A DNA stretch of 64,000 nt from a virus (lineage: Duplodnaviria; Caudoviricetes). Position numbers and translations under genes: made by a program. The notes beneath the pieces were generated by a model that saw only the letters and a list, made by a program, of their open reading frames with translations, was not told the DNA's origin and searched no databases. The DNA is taken from the IMG/VR virus record IMGVR_UViG_3300010347_002584, positions 1,443 to 65,442 of that record. The stretch is one strand, 5' to 3'. Shown in pieces: positions 20,106 to 28,651 of the stretch (its first letter is position 1; each line of letters starts with the position of its first letter).

Positions 20106-21362
20106 TTATATTGTTTTATTAGTTCTCATTAAATTAACTCTTGCTGTTGATTGCCAATCTTTTCCTCTGTTTAAATTTATTTCTGATGATTTTAAAATAT
20201 ATTTTCCTGATAAATCAACATATTCTAAAGTTTTAGTAATAACCTTAACTGGTTCTCCAACATTCATAAGGTTTAAAATTTTTAAATTTTTTTCTATATT
20301 TATTCCAACATTAGCAAGACCAACTAATTTTCTAGCATCTTTTGCTATAGCCCATGTTTTACTTTTTTCATATCCAATATGATATGAATTCACTTGTGTT
20401 CTAGAAACATTCTCATCAATATTCAATGCTAGTTGATTATCTTTTCTACTCTGGTATACAGCAGCAGAATTTTTACATAAATCATCTACTGTGTGTTCAA
20501 CAATATGATATAATGTATCTTTTGGATTAACAACATACTTTATATTTTTAGCCATATATGCAACTTTTGTATTTGCATTATATGAATTGTCTACTGTATC
20601 ATATGTATAGAAGTTCTTTCCATCTACGTCTTTATCTATTGCATCTCGTTCTTTTTTATCTGTAGCTAAGACATATATTGTAAAAGTTTGATCCTTATTC
20701 ATTCTTTCACTCAAATTCAAAATTTGTAATTTATTTTCAAAGTTACAAAAACCAAGATTTGATGCTCCATTGAACAAGCCAAAATTATTATCCAAGTATT
20801 CTATACTTTTATAAAGAGTCATTGGTCTAATTAGAACTTGATCTATTTGTTCTTCATTATTATTAGTTGAATCATATTCTAAATCAGCATCTGTTTCAGA
20901 AGCAAGTTCTTCTATTATATCTTTTACTTTTTTTTCAAAGAATAAACCAGTAACCATAGTAGTCATTGTTTTATATGCATCTCTACAGACAGTTATAATG
21001 GATAATTGACCTCGTTCAGACTGAGCTTTTTGACCTTCTGACATTTGGGTTTTTGGTGAAAAATTAGATTTTGATGTTAGATACATCAAATCTAAGTTAA
21101 TGTCTTCTAGAGTTCCCTGAACAACATTACTTAATAAACTAATTCTCAACTTTATTGGATCTTGACCATATAGTTTATTTAAAATTACGTCATTTTCATC
21201 AACAAATAGATCTAATGTTACTGTTTGATATGGTGCTATAATAGATGAAATTATTTTAACATTAACCAATTCTGCTGAATAATCTTTATCTTTTATAATA
21301 AGTTGGATATCATATCCACGAGATGGTGAAAATGTACGTTGCCCTTGAGTTTCTTCAGGCAT
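20106..21362 (-). CDS. baseplate hub-like protein (gp27/VgrG/protein D-like)
   Basis: Size, beta-rich composition, C-terminal ...LSGKYILKSSEINL pattern and structural context. Confidence 0.45.
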   Translation of the reverse strand: MPEETQGQRTFSPSRGYDIQLIIKDKDYSAELVNVKIISSIIAPYQTVTLDLFVDENDVILNKLYGQDPIKLRISLLSNVVQGTLEDINLDLMYLTSKSNFSPKTQMSEGQKAQSERGQLSIITVCRDAYKTMTTMVTGLFFEKKVKDIIEELASETDADLEYDSTNNNEEQIDQVLIRPMTLYKSIEYLDNNFGLFNGASNLGFCNFENKLQILNLSERMNKDQTFTIYVLATDKKERDAIDKDVDGKNFYTYDTVDNSYNANTKVAYMAKNIKYVVNPKDTLYHIVEHTVDDLCKNSAAVYQSRKDNQLALNIDENVSRTQVNSYHIGYEKSKTWAIAKDARKLVGLANVGINIEKNLKILNLMNVGEPVKVITKTLEYVDLSGKYILKSSEINLNRGKDWQSTARVNLMRTNKTI

Positions 21363-21385
21363 TTTTTATCTCCCTACTTTTACTT

Positions 21386-21838
21386 CTATTTTACTCTATT
21401 TTTACCCTTTCCTTTTCCTTCACCTCTTCCCATTCCTGGTCCACCTTCTGGACATTCTCCTGTATTTTGACCAGCTCTTTTTCCTCCTTGTTTTCCTTCA
21501 CCTTTTCCTGATCCATCCATTGGTCTTTCAATTCTCCTTGGATTTACAGATTCTTCTACTTCTTTATCCTTAGTTCCAAGTTCTCTTTTCCCATCTTCTT
21601 CCATTTTCTTTAATCTAGTATAATAGTCAGGAAGTTCCGCTAAATGATCTTTTGCAATCTCTTTTGCAATTGCAGGATTATCGGTATGTTCTTTTTCTAC
21701 ATCAATTCCCATTTCAAGTTCTTTAGGATCGAACTTTTCATCTGGAACTCCTTTATGTTTTCCAACACCAGCAGGGATATCCTGCTCAAAAATATACCTG
21801 TAGTCCAGAAATCTCGATACTAAGTTAATTTTCTTCAT
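21386..21838 (-). CDS. DUF5661-like protein with Gly/Lys-rich tail
   Basis: ELEMGIDVEKEHT...AKEIAKDHLAELPDYYTRL. Start moved to ATG 21838 behind GGAGG. Confidence 0.65.
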   Translation of the reverse strand: MKKINLVSRFLDYRYIFEQDIPAGVGKHKGVPDEKFDPKELEMGIDVEKEHTDNPAIAKEIAKDHLAELPDYYTRLKKMEEDGKRELGTKDKEVEESVNPRRIERPMDGSGKGEGKQGGKRAGQNTGECPEGGPGMGRGEGKGKGKNRVK

Positions 21839-21868
21839 TTTTCGTTCCTCCTGCATAAACCGCATGTA

Positions 21869-21883
21869 TTTATAATTTGTTCT
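21869..21883 (-). promoter_or_regulatory. putative phage late promoter motif AGAACAAATTATAAA(TA)
   Basis: Identical to the terL upstream motif and includes TATAAATA. Directly downstream of a terminator. Confidence 0.6.
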
Positions 21884-21900
21884 AAAAAATAAACAAAAAA

Positions 21901-21932
21901 AAAGACCCGGAAAGAGAGGGAACCGGGTCTTT
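21901..21932 (-). terminator. intrinsic terminator
   Basis: AAAGACCCGG/CCGGGTCTTT inverted repeat followed by a long U-tract on the minus strand. Confidence 0.8.
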
Positions 21933-21943
21933 CTTTTTGGAAC

Positions 21944-22834
21944 TTATCGTCCCCTTGCCCTGAGAGTTTTTAGTGCTCTTTCTAATTCAACTGGAAGAAC
22001 AAGAACTCTCTCAGCAACATTTTCCATAATGAGTTTTGCGTTTAGATTTTTTTCAAGAGTCGAGAATCTTGTAATTGCAAGGAACAAATCCCATGTAGTA
22101 ATATTTCGATTCTGTTTTTTTAGGTCTGCTAAATATGTTGAGACTTCCTCCCTTCTCTTTTTTCCAATCTTTTCAACAACATCTAGAATTGAAAGAAGAC
22201 CATCTTCTTGAACCTGTAAAGTAAAGTTCATTGTAATAAGGTCCTTGATATTAGAAGAAAATGCCTGTAGATATTCACCAATATTACTTGTGATTCTAGA
22301 TCTAGCATGCTCATGGTGCATCTGCTTCATTGAACACAATGAGAATGTAAACCCATAAGTTCTATTTCTACTCCCTGATTCATACATAGAAAGACCAAAA
22401 GTAACTTCTTTTGATCCTCTTCCATCATATGTATTCCTTACAGCAATGTGCGGATAAATATCACCAACCCTTGGGTCAGATTGTCCATTTTGAATAATGA
22501 TTTCTTTGGACATTGATGTATATCTTGGCCAATTCATATAATGAGATTCTTGAAAAATCGGAGTTCCGACATCGGCAATAGATTGTTTAATTCTATTTAC
22601 CATAATGTCATTTCCTTCAAAATCATATAGATCTGAAACAAAACTAGCAAACCTGTATTGTTGACTATCTCCTAGTGGTTTTGTAAATACACCGTAATAA
22701 GGAATTTCTCCTTCACTTGCTGCAACCAATTGCTCATATTTTACACAACTTATCGAATCTACATATTCGTATACACCTCTGGCAGGAATTGTCAAGCCTT
22801 TTTCTAATGCCACTTCTGAAAATCCCATATTCAA
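21944..22834 (-). CDS. DUF932-like phage protein
   Basis: IYPHIAVRNTYDGRGS resembles the DUF932 NShDG motif. Confidence 0.4.
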   Translation of the reverse strand: MNMGFSEVALEKGLTIPARGVYEYVDSISCVKYEQLVAASEGEIPYYGVFTKPLGDSQQYRFASFVSDLYDFEGNDIMVNRIKQSIADVGTPIFQESHYMNWPRYTSMSKEIIIQNGQSDPRVGDIYPHIAVRNTYDGRGSKEVTFGLSMYESGSRNRTYGFTFSLCSMKQMHHEHARSRITSNIGEYLQAFSSNIKDLITMNFTLQVQEDGLLSILDVVEKIGKKRREEVSTYLADLKKQNRNITTWDLFLAITRFSTLEKNLNAKLIMENVAERVLVLPVELERALKTLRARGR

Positions 22835-22845
22835 ATTCTCCTTTT

Positions 22846-23184
22846 TTATGATGATCTTCCATTAATATTGTTTATCCAAAATGTATATCCTTTACCATTA
22901 CATTTACTACATATTTCTAATCTCTCATCTTGTTTAACAATTTCATGAGCTTGCTTTCGTATTCTATACATATGTAATAAATTTCTGTAACTTTCTAGTA
23001 TAGCTGATCCAATTCTAATAAATCCAGAAACAACTAAAAATCCACCAATTAGTATAAGAATCATGTATAGAATTGCTCTCATAACAATATCAAAATTCTG
23101 GTGATTTCTTAAAGAGTATGCAAGAATAAATAATGGTGATATTAGTAATATATTTATAATGGTATTTTTAAATATTTTTTTCAT
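22846..23184 (-). CDS. membrane protein with C-terminal CxxCxGxG-x3-W motif
   Basis: Two TM segments, then CSKCNGKGYTFWINNING. Start moved to MKKIF because the longer start lies within the terminator. Confidence 0.65.
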   Translation of the reverse strand: MKKIFKNTIINILLISPLFILAYSLRNHQNFDIVMRAILYMILILIGGFLVVSGFIRIGSAILESYRNLLHMYRIRKQAHEIVKQDERLEICSKCNGKGYTFWINNINGRSS

Positions 23185-23205
23185 AGTTACTCCAACGAAA
23201 AATAT

Positions 23206-23239
23206 CCCCACCAGAATCTTTTAAGATAAACTGGTGGGG
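23206..23239 (-). terminator. intrinsic terminator
   Basis: CCCCACCAG/CTGGTGGGG inverted repeat followed by ATATTTTT on minus. Confidence 0.65.
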
Positions 23240-23252
23240 TATAAAGAGAAGT

Positions 23253-23471
23253 TTATACTATTTTTGTGATTTCACTATCATGGAATATAAAAGTTTTTCG
23301 TGGTGTTTTGACGTAGTATTTTGTTGGAAACATTTTATCCAGGTCGATTCTTGAAATAGTTCCTATTCCAGATGAACAAATTGTAGATCCAAAAAACGTA
23401 CGGCAATCTCTTCTAATATAGCCAACTTTATCACCAACATTACCCTTCAAAACTTTTCTGTTGTTCCTCAT
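23253..23471 (-). CDS. hypothetical small protein (SH3-like)
   Basis: VGDKVGY...GIGTISRID...YYVK pattern. Confidence 0.5.
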   Translation of the reverse strand: MRNNRKVLKGNVGDKVGYIRRDCRTFFGSTICSSGIGTISRIDLDKMFPTKYYVKTPRKTFIFHDSEITKIV

Positions 23472-23757
23472 TATTTTCTCCTTCCAAATATTGAACTATT
23501 ATATCACCATGACACTTTTCTGGTTTACAGTAACAGGCTAATTTCTTACCTTTTAAAGATAGTACATATCTTCTAAATCTTTCATTTTTTATTTTTTTAT
23601 AAAAGTCTTTTTCATACTTTTTAATAACTTCTGTTCTGTCTCCATCTTTTCCTATTATATATGGATTTCCCAATGGAGATCCTCTTCCAATATAAACATA
23701 ATCTTTTTTAGGATAAGTTTTAATATTTACAACAACAGTCTTAGTTCTCTTAGTCAT
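23440..23757 (-). CDS. DUF4326 family protein
   Basis: VYIGRGSPLGNPY...LKGKKLACYCKPEKCHGDII. Confidence 0.85.
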   Translation of the reverse strand: MTKRTKTVVVNIKTYPKKDYVYIGRGSPLGNPYIIGKDGDRTEVIKKYEKDFYKKIKNERFRRYVLSLKGKKLACYCKPEKCHGDIIVQYLEGENNEEQQKSFEG

Positions 23758-23765
23758 CTGTTATC

Positions 23766-24098
23766 CTATCCTCGTCTTCCAACAATTTGCTCTACCCAAT
23801 CTAACCAACCAATACCTTTACACTTTGGACAAATAGTTAAACCAACAATTCTAGCCTCTTTTCTTTGTTTTAAGAAATATCTAAACTCGCCAATATTATT
23901 AATTAAATCTGCAACCATAACTGCTATACATATAGATACAAGAATAGTTATAAATACATAAAATTCAAACTCAGTTACAAGAGTTTTAGTAAGTGATACT
24001 ATATACATAAGGAATATTAAGATAATTTTAAAAATTTTAAATAACATGGTTTTTATTCTCGATCTCATTAAAAGAATCCTTTCCATAAATTTTCTCAA
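23766..24098 (-). CDS. membrane protein with C-terminal CxxCxGxG-x3-W motif
   Basis: Two TM segments, then CPKCKGIGWLDWVEQIVG. Confidence 0.65.
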   Translation of the reverse strand: MRKFMERILLMRSRIKTMLFKIFKIILIFLMYIVSLTKTLVTEFEFYVFITILVSICIAVMVADLINNIGEFRYFLKQRKEARIVGLTICPKCKGIGWLDWVEQIVGRRG

Positions 24099-24453
24099 AG
24101 AGTTCTTTGTTGACGATCATTTTATTTATACTCCAAACAGAATAATTATTTATCATTTTCTTATAATCCCAGATACAATTATAAAACGGATATTTAACTA
24201 CTAATTTTTCTGGAGAACTATTAGATATTATAAAACTTATTAACCATTGATCTTTTTCACGAAGTGCTTTTTCTATATAGTTATCAACAGCACACATATG
24301 TTTCTTTAGTACATATCCTACCCACATCATTCTAAAAGATCGTATCATTAGATATATACCAACAAGAAATAACAAAATTACAAATCCCCAGTAGATAGTT
24401 ATATTATATACACTTTGGTTTTTAATTATAAAAGTTACTGATAATGTAATCAT
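24037..24453 (-). CDS. hypothetical membrane-anchored protein
   Basis: N-terminal hydrophobic segment, co-directional ORF. Confidence 0.55.
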   Translation of the reverse strand: MITLSVTFIIKNQSVYNITIYWGFVILLFLVGIYLMIRSFRMMWVGYVLKKHMCAVDNYIEKALREKDQWLISFIISNSSPEKLVVKYPFYNCIWDYKKMINNYSVWSINKMIVNKELFEKIYGKDSFNEIENKNHVI

Positions 24454-24529
24454 TCTTCTAACTCCATTTCTTTCAACTCAATTGTATCGTGAGGGAAATT
24501 ATTCCATTCTTCATAACCCTCAAATATTG

Positions 24530-24601
24530 TAGCCGGGGGAGGAGTTGAACCTACCATTGAGCGATTATAAGTCGCCTATTCTACCATTGAATTACCCGGC
24601 C
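24530..24601 (-). tRNA. trnI: tRNA-Ile (anticodon TAT/UAU)
   Basis: Cloverleaf: acceptor GGCCGGG/CCCGGCT, anticodon arm GGCGA-CTTATAA-TCGCT, T-loop TTCAACT. CCA not encoded. Confidence 0.85.
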
Positions 24602-24606
24602 ACATT

Positions 24607-24682
24607 TGGTTCAGGGACTAGGATTCGAACAAGTGTCAGTCCTTATAAGGGGACTGCTACTAACCAATTGAGTTATAGGACT
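24607..24682 (-). pseudogene. chimeric tRNA remnant
   Basis: 5' half resembles tRNA-Ile(TAT) (CTTATAA loop). 3' GTTCGAATCCTAGTCCCTGAACCA does not pair with it. Overlaps the HNH stop codon. Confidence 0.6.
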
Positions 24683-25256
24683 TTATATAATCATTTATTT
24701 TATCAATAATTAAACTTTTAAATTTACAATGCATATATCTATGATGTGTTGGACATAAAGGAATTAAATTTTCTGGTTCATTATTTTTATTATCTTCATC
24801 TAGATGATGCACATCTAAAATATTCTCTTCCATACACACAACACATTCTTTTTTGTGAAACTTGAAACAAATTCTTCTATGAGAATCTAGACAATCATTA
24901 TCATCTTTTTGATTTTGCTTAAATGTTCTATTTGCACAAGTATGGGAACAAGTTTTATTATGTTTATAATCTTTTATTATATTATCACATACAGGGCAAA
25001 TTTTTAAATTATCTGGATTCAAATAACAAGATTTCTCATGTTGTGTTAATCCTCCAGATCCTGTAACATAACCACAATATTGACATTCTTTTTTAATGGA
25101 ATTTGGATTAAATCTTTTAAACTTATTTCCCCTTAATGCTTCACTATTTTTTCTTTTAATTTCCGTACATTTTGAGGAATGATTTTCACAGCAAAATTTT
25201 CCATTTTTTAATGTATATTTTGCTTCTCTATTACAACCAAAGTTACAAACTATCAT
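24660..25256 (-). CDS. HNH endonuclease with N-terminal Zn-binding motifs
   Basis: CVVC...LDVHHLD.D..NN..ENLIPLCPTHH..H. Inserted in the tRNA cluster. Confidence 0.85.
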   Translation of the reverse strand: MIVCNFGCNREAKYTLKNGKFCCENHSSKCTEIKRKNSEALRGNKFKRFNPNSIKKECQYCGYVTGSGGLTQHEKSCYLNPDNLKICPVCDNIIKDYKHNKTCSHTCANRTFKQNQKDDNDCLDSHRRICFKFHKKECVVCMEENILDVHHLDEDNKNNEPENLIPLCPTHHRYMHCKFKSLIIDKINDYIKSYNSIG

Positions 25257-25316
25257 ATTAAAACTCCTATACTATAGATTTTAAATTTTTGTTCTATAGT
25301 ATCAAGAGGTTCGATG

Positions 25317-25387
25317 CTCACCGGTTAGGAGTCGAACCTAAATGACAAGATCCAAAATCTTGCATCCTACCTTTAGATGACCGGTGA
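25317..25387 (-). tRNA. trnQ: tRNA-Gln (anticodon TTG)
   Basis: Acceptor TCACCGG/CCGGTGA, anticodon arm CAAGA-TTTTGGA-TCTTG, T-arm TTAGG-TTCGACT-CCTAA. Confidence 0.88.
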
Positions 25388-25398
25388 TCTTTAGTTAT

Positions 25399-26004
25399 TT
25401 ATTTTACCCTTCGTGCTTTGAATCTCATATAAATATCCCGTCCATCAAATTCAAAAGGAGTTACAATATTCTCAACTTTGAATCTTCCCTCTAACTCAAA
25501 ATAATACTTTGCCCTCAATGGAGACCACAAACTAAGATGTGGTGAGCTTTCCTCGTTTACAACTTCTGTTGTTACTAAAATATCATGAGCAGGGAACTCA
25601 TCTATGGATAAATCTCTTTCATTTAAAATTTTTTGTGCTAAAATTTCAATGTTTGGAACTATAATATCAATATATCCTTCAACTTCAACAGCTGTAGATA
25701 AAAGGTAAATAAAATATAACAGTTTATTTAATGGAACATGTTCCATAAATCTATAAATTACTATTCTGTCGAATTTAGTACTATATCTCTCAAGAAATTC
25801 ATATACATCCATGTTTATATACTTAACTAAAGATTTTGCATGTGTAACAAACTTCCATTCAAAGTGCATCCTTTCAAACCCATTTTCCCAGTCATTTCTA
25901 AGATACATTGTATCTAAGTTCACTAGTAAATATGGATAATCAGGAAGGTCCAATGGGTTTATCTTTCCCGCAGCAATATTCAATATATTATTATCCCTAA
26001 GCAT
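25399..26004 (-). CDS. class I SAM-dependent methyltransferase-like protein
   Basis: ILNIAAG (motif I variant), FDRI....FMEHVP, G.IDIIVPN. Confidence 0.6.
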   Translation of the reverse strand: MLRDNNILNIAAGKINPLDLPDYPYLLVNLDTMYLRNDWENGFERMHFEWKFVTHAKSLVKYINMDVYEFLERYSTKFDRIVIYRFMEHVPLNKLLYFIYLLSTAVEVEGYIDIIVPNIEILAQKILNERDLSIDEFPAHDILVTTEVVNEESSPHLSLWSPLRAKYYFELEGRFKVENIVTPFEFDGRDIYMRFKARRVK

Positions 26005-26005
26005 T

Positions 26006-26269
26006 TTATCCTCTCACATAGTCATTACAAATTATTATATTGATAATTCCACCTTTTTCTGTAGTAATAACTTTCGATAGATCTTCAACCTTAAATTCTG
26101 ATCCAAACTCGTCTTTTAATCCTTCAATAAATATATCTTTTTTATCAGTTTTAACTGCAAACAGTGGAAATGTAATTCCATTTATAGTTAAACTCTTTAA
26201 TCCCATTCTATAACATGCTGTTACTTCTTCTTGCTCTGGAATCAATAGTGTTAGATCAATAGTTTTCAT
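26006..26269 (-). CDS. hypothetical protein
   Basis: Co-directional coupled ORF. Confidence 0.55.
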   Translation of the reverse strand: MKTIDLTLLIPEQEEVTACYRMGLKSLTINGITFPLFAVKTDKKDIFIEGLKDEFGSEFKVEDLSKVITTEKGGIINIIICNDYVRG

Positions 26270-26477
26270 TCCTTACAGGAAGCCTCCTTACTCCAGTTAT
26301 TTCCTCAATCCAATCTAGTCTTTTTTTCCCTAGACATCTTGGACAGACAACTGGTTTATAACGACCTCTTAAATAATCTTCAAGAGATGTTATTGCCTTA
26401 TAACCATCACTTGAATTTACCCAACCCCAACCATTACAACACTGACACGTTTTTTCCAGTGTAACTTCTTCACTCAT
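26256..26477 (-). CDS. DnaJ-type Zn-finger microprotein (W-motif family)
   Basis: CQCCNGWG...CPRCLGKKRLDWIEEITG. Confidence 0.7.
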   Translation of the reverse strand: MSEEVTLEKTCQCCNGWGWVNSSDGYKAITSLEDYLRGRYKPVVCPRCLGKKRLDWIEEITGVRRLPVRNENY

Positions 26478-26479
26478 TT

Positions 26480-26728
26480 CTAAACCTTCCTAATAATTTT
26501 ATCTATCCATAAAACTACTCCAGTCCCTTTACATTCATTGCATATTATTTTCTTATTTTCGTAATAATATTTTATTGTTGTTTCACCATTTACATCTGGA
26601 GAAATAGTATACGTTTGTTTGGATTGACTCAGTTCCGTTCCTGTATATCCCTTTGCTTTACAGGTAGGACATTTTGCAAACACTCCATTTTTTACTTTTC
26701 CTATATACTTCTTCTTAACTTTTTTCAT
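26480..26728 (-). CDS. DnaJ-type Zn-finger microprotein (W-motif family)
   Basis: CPTCKAKG...CNECKGTGVVLWIDKII. Confidence 0.7.
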   Translation of the reverse strand: MKKVKKKYIGKVKNGVFAKCPTCKAKGYTGTELSQSKQTYTISPDVNGETTIKYYYENKKIICNECKGTGVVLWIDKIIRKV

Positions 26729-27450
26729 ACAAACTCCACAGTTATACTTTTAGTAAATGGTTCAATATAATAAGTAAAATAATATTTCTTATCTATATCA
26801 TCTGTATCCATTATTCTTGCCATACTTTTAGATACTTCTAATTGACCATATTGCTTAAAGAATACTGCATACTTATCTTCTTCTGTTGGGATGCAATATA
26901 ACGAGACATCATCAGAAGATAAAATTTTATCTTTTATATTTTGAAGTGATTTAAAAACACTTTCTTTATTTAAGTAATTTATACTAACAATTTCTTTATA
27001 TATGTTATCTATGGAATCATATCTATGTGGAACACCTTTTATTATTACATTAGTTCCATCGTTTGCAATATACATATTTCTGTTAAACGAAATAATCATA
27101 ACTTGAAATATTGATCTCAATTCCAAAGGCATAGATGGGTTTACTATTTCTTTTATTGGTTTTTTTGTAATTACTCCATCATATTGTCGTATTATTAAAT
27201 CATCATCTGTTATATTATTTCGTAATAGATACTCATTTATAAGAGATGTTGTAGTTGATCTTAAGATAGATGTCAATCTTGGATTATCCCTCATTAATAA
27301 TCCAATTTGAGTATTTCTTTTTTCCTTATTAGTTTTGTCTATCTTTGAGAGATCAAATCCTAGATTCTCCATAATGGTGTAATGACAAGAAGAGATATCA
27401 TATAAATATACATCTCTCATGAAAAGTTTACAATTCTTACTAATATTCAT
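26725..27450 (-). CDS. minimal family-B DNA polymerase-like palm/thumb domain
   Basis: YDISSCHY (motif A-like), KEKRNTQIG (B-like), RQYDGV (C-like), IKGV, DKKYY..YYIEPF. No exonuclease domain. Confidence 0.5.
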   Translation of the reverse strand: MNISKNCKLFMRDVYLYDISSCHYTIMENLGFDLSKIDKTNKEKRNTQIGLLMRDNPRLTSILRSTTTSLINEYLLRNNITDDDLIIRQYDGVITKKPIKEIVNPSMPLELRSIFQVMIISFNRNMYIANDGTNVIIKGVPHRYDSIDNIYKEIVSINYLNKESVFKSLQNIKDKILSSDDVSLYCIPTEEDKYAVFFKQYGQLEVSKSMARIMDTDDIDKKYYFTYYIEPFTKSITVEFV

Positions 27451-27692
27451 TTTTTTATTTTTCTCCCGACACAGTGGAACTCAATACATTTATCGAATTC
27501 TTTCCATATCTTATATTTTTGTTCCCAAGTTAGAGATCTCTTTCCAACAATTCGATGAATCCAATCAACTTCTCCATCACCATGACAAAATTCACATATA
27601 TCTAATTGAAAAGGAAGATCTACTTCTTTTTGTGGTTCAACTTTAACAATACCTTGTCCATTACATTTAGTACATTTTGTAAACGTATTCAT
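27447..27692 (-). CDS. DnaJ-type Zn-finger microprotein (W-motif family)
   Basis: CTKCNGQG...CEFCHGDGEVDWIHRIVG. Confidence 0.7.
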   Translation of the reverse strand: MNTFTKCTKCNGQGIVKVEPQKEVDLPFQLDICEFCHGDGEVDWIHRIVGKRSLTWEQKYKIWKEFDKCIEFHCVGRKIKK

Positions 27693-27742
27693 GTCACTTT
27701 TCCTATTCTAATCTATATCTTTTTTTGTGACATCATCGTAAA

Positions 27743-27958
27743 CTACCTTGGTCCTGAACTTAAAGTTCCAAATCTTGGATTAAAATAATCAGATTCGAAA
27801 TTGTAATTTTTCTTTCCTATTATCATTTCAATCCAGTCAAGATTTCCATATCCTTTACATTTTGGACATGTTCCCCATCTCAGTTTTAACCACGTATTAT
27901 CTATTGAGTAAAAAGTACTCCCTTTCCCATTACACTTGCTACATATATAAGTTTCCAT
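27743..27958 (-). CDS. DnaJ-type Zn-finger microprotein (W-motif family)
   Basis: CSKCNGKG...CPKCKGYGNLDWIEMIIG. Confidence 0.7.
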   Translation of the reverse strand: METYICSKCNGKGSTFYSIDNTWLKLRWGTCPKCKGYGNLDWIEMIIGKKNYNFESDYFNPRFGTLSSGPR

Positions 27959-27973
27959 AGGATAGAATCTTTT

Positions 27974-28153
27974 CTAAATACCCTTTCTAGTTACTCTTGT
28001 TAACCAGTCTATTTTTCCTGTTCCTTTACATAATTTACAATCTTTTTTAGATGCATATTCTTGATTTGGAGGTCCCTTTCTACAGTTTATAAATATTAAT
28101 ATAGTATAACCATCCCACCCCTTACCTTTACAATCAGGACAATCAACTTTCAT
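27974..28153 (-). CDS. DnaJ-type Zn-finger microprotein (W-motif family), 59 aa, not in ORF track
   Basis: Manual translation MKVDCPDCKGKG...DCKLCKGTGKIDWLTRVTRKGI. ATGA overlap with the upstream stop. Confidence 0.7.
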   Translation of the reverse strand: MKVDCPDCKGKGWDGYTILIFINCRKGPPNQEYASKKDCKLCKGTGKIDWLTRVTRKGI

Positions 28154-28612
28154 CGTATTCTGACCCTTCCACTCCTCTTAGAAAATAATTTAGCGATATC
28201 ACTTTTCTTTTTCTTTTTACTTTTTCCTGTAATGTTGTCTATCCAATCTAGGTATCCAAACCCCTTGCATGCTTCGCACTGACCGTCCCTCTGTAGTCCG
28301 CTTCCCCTGCATTTTTTGCACATGAATTTTCCGTCGTCCATCATTGTTCTCAATAGTTCCTTCATTATTTTTTTATCAATAGATTCAGCAATAACATTTG
28401 ACATTTCTTTTATATATTCCTTATGAAAGTTTTCAAAATCATCTTTTAGACTATCTAATTTTCTCCTATTTCGCCCAGTAATATATTCAACCCAATCTAC
28501 ATATCCTGAACCACCACAAAAAACACATATTGAGTTTATAAAATTATCTTCTTCTGTTGTTTATATTCCCAGTTCCATTGCATTTTTTACATTTGAATTT
28601 TTCAGCACTCAT
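28150..28612 (-). pseudogene. tandem double Zn-finger/W-motif gene interrupted by a +1 frameshift
   Basis: ATG 28612 gives MSAEKFKCKKCNGTGNI, stopping at 28544. Removing one A near 28560 joins it to ...CVFCGGSGYVDWVEYITG... and the ORF-track product 28150..28404. Confidence 0.65.
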
Positions 28613-28651
28613 CTTTTTTTGACCTTGCTTATTTTTTATATCAAAAAATTA

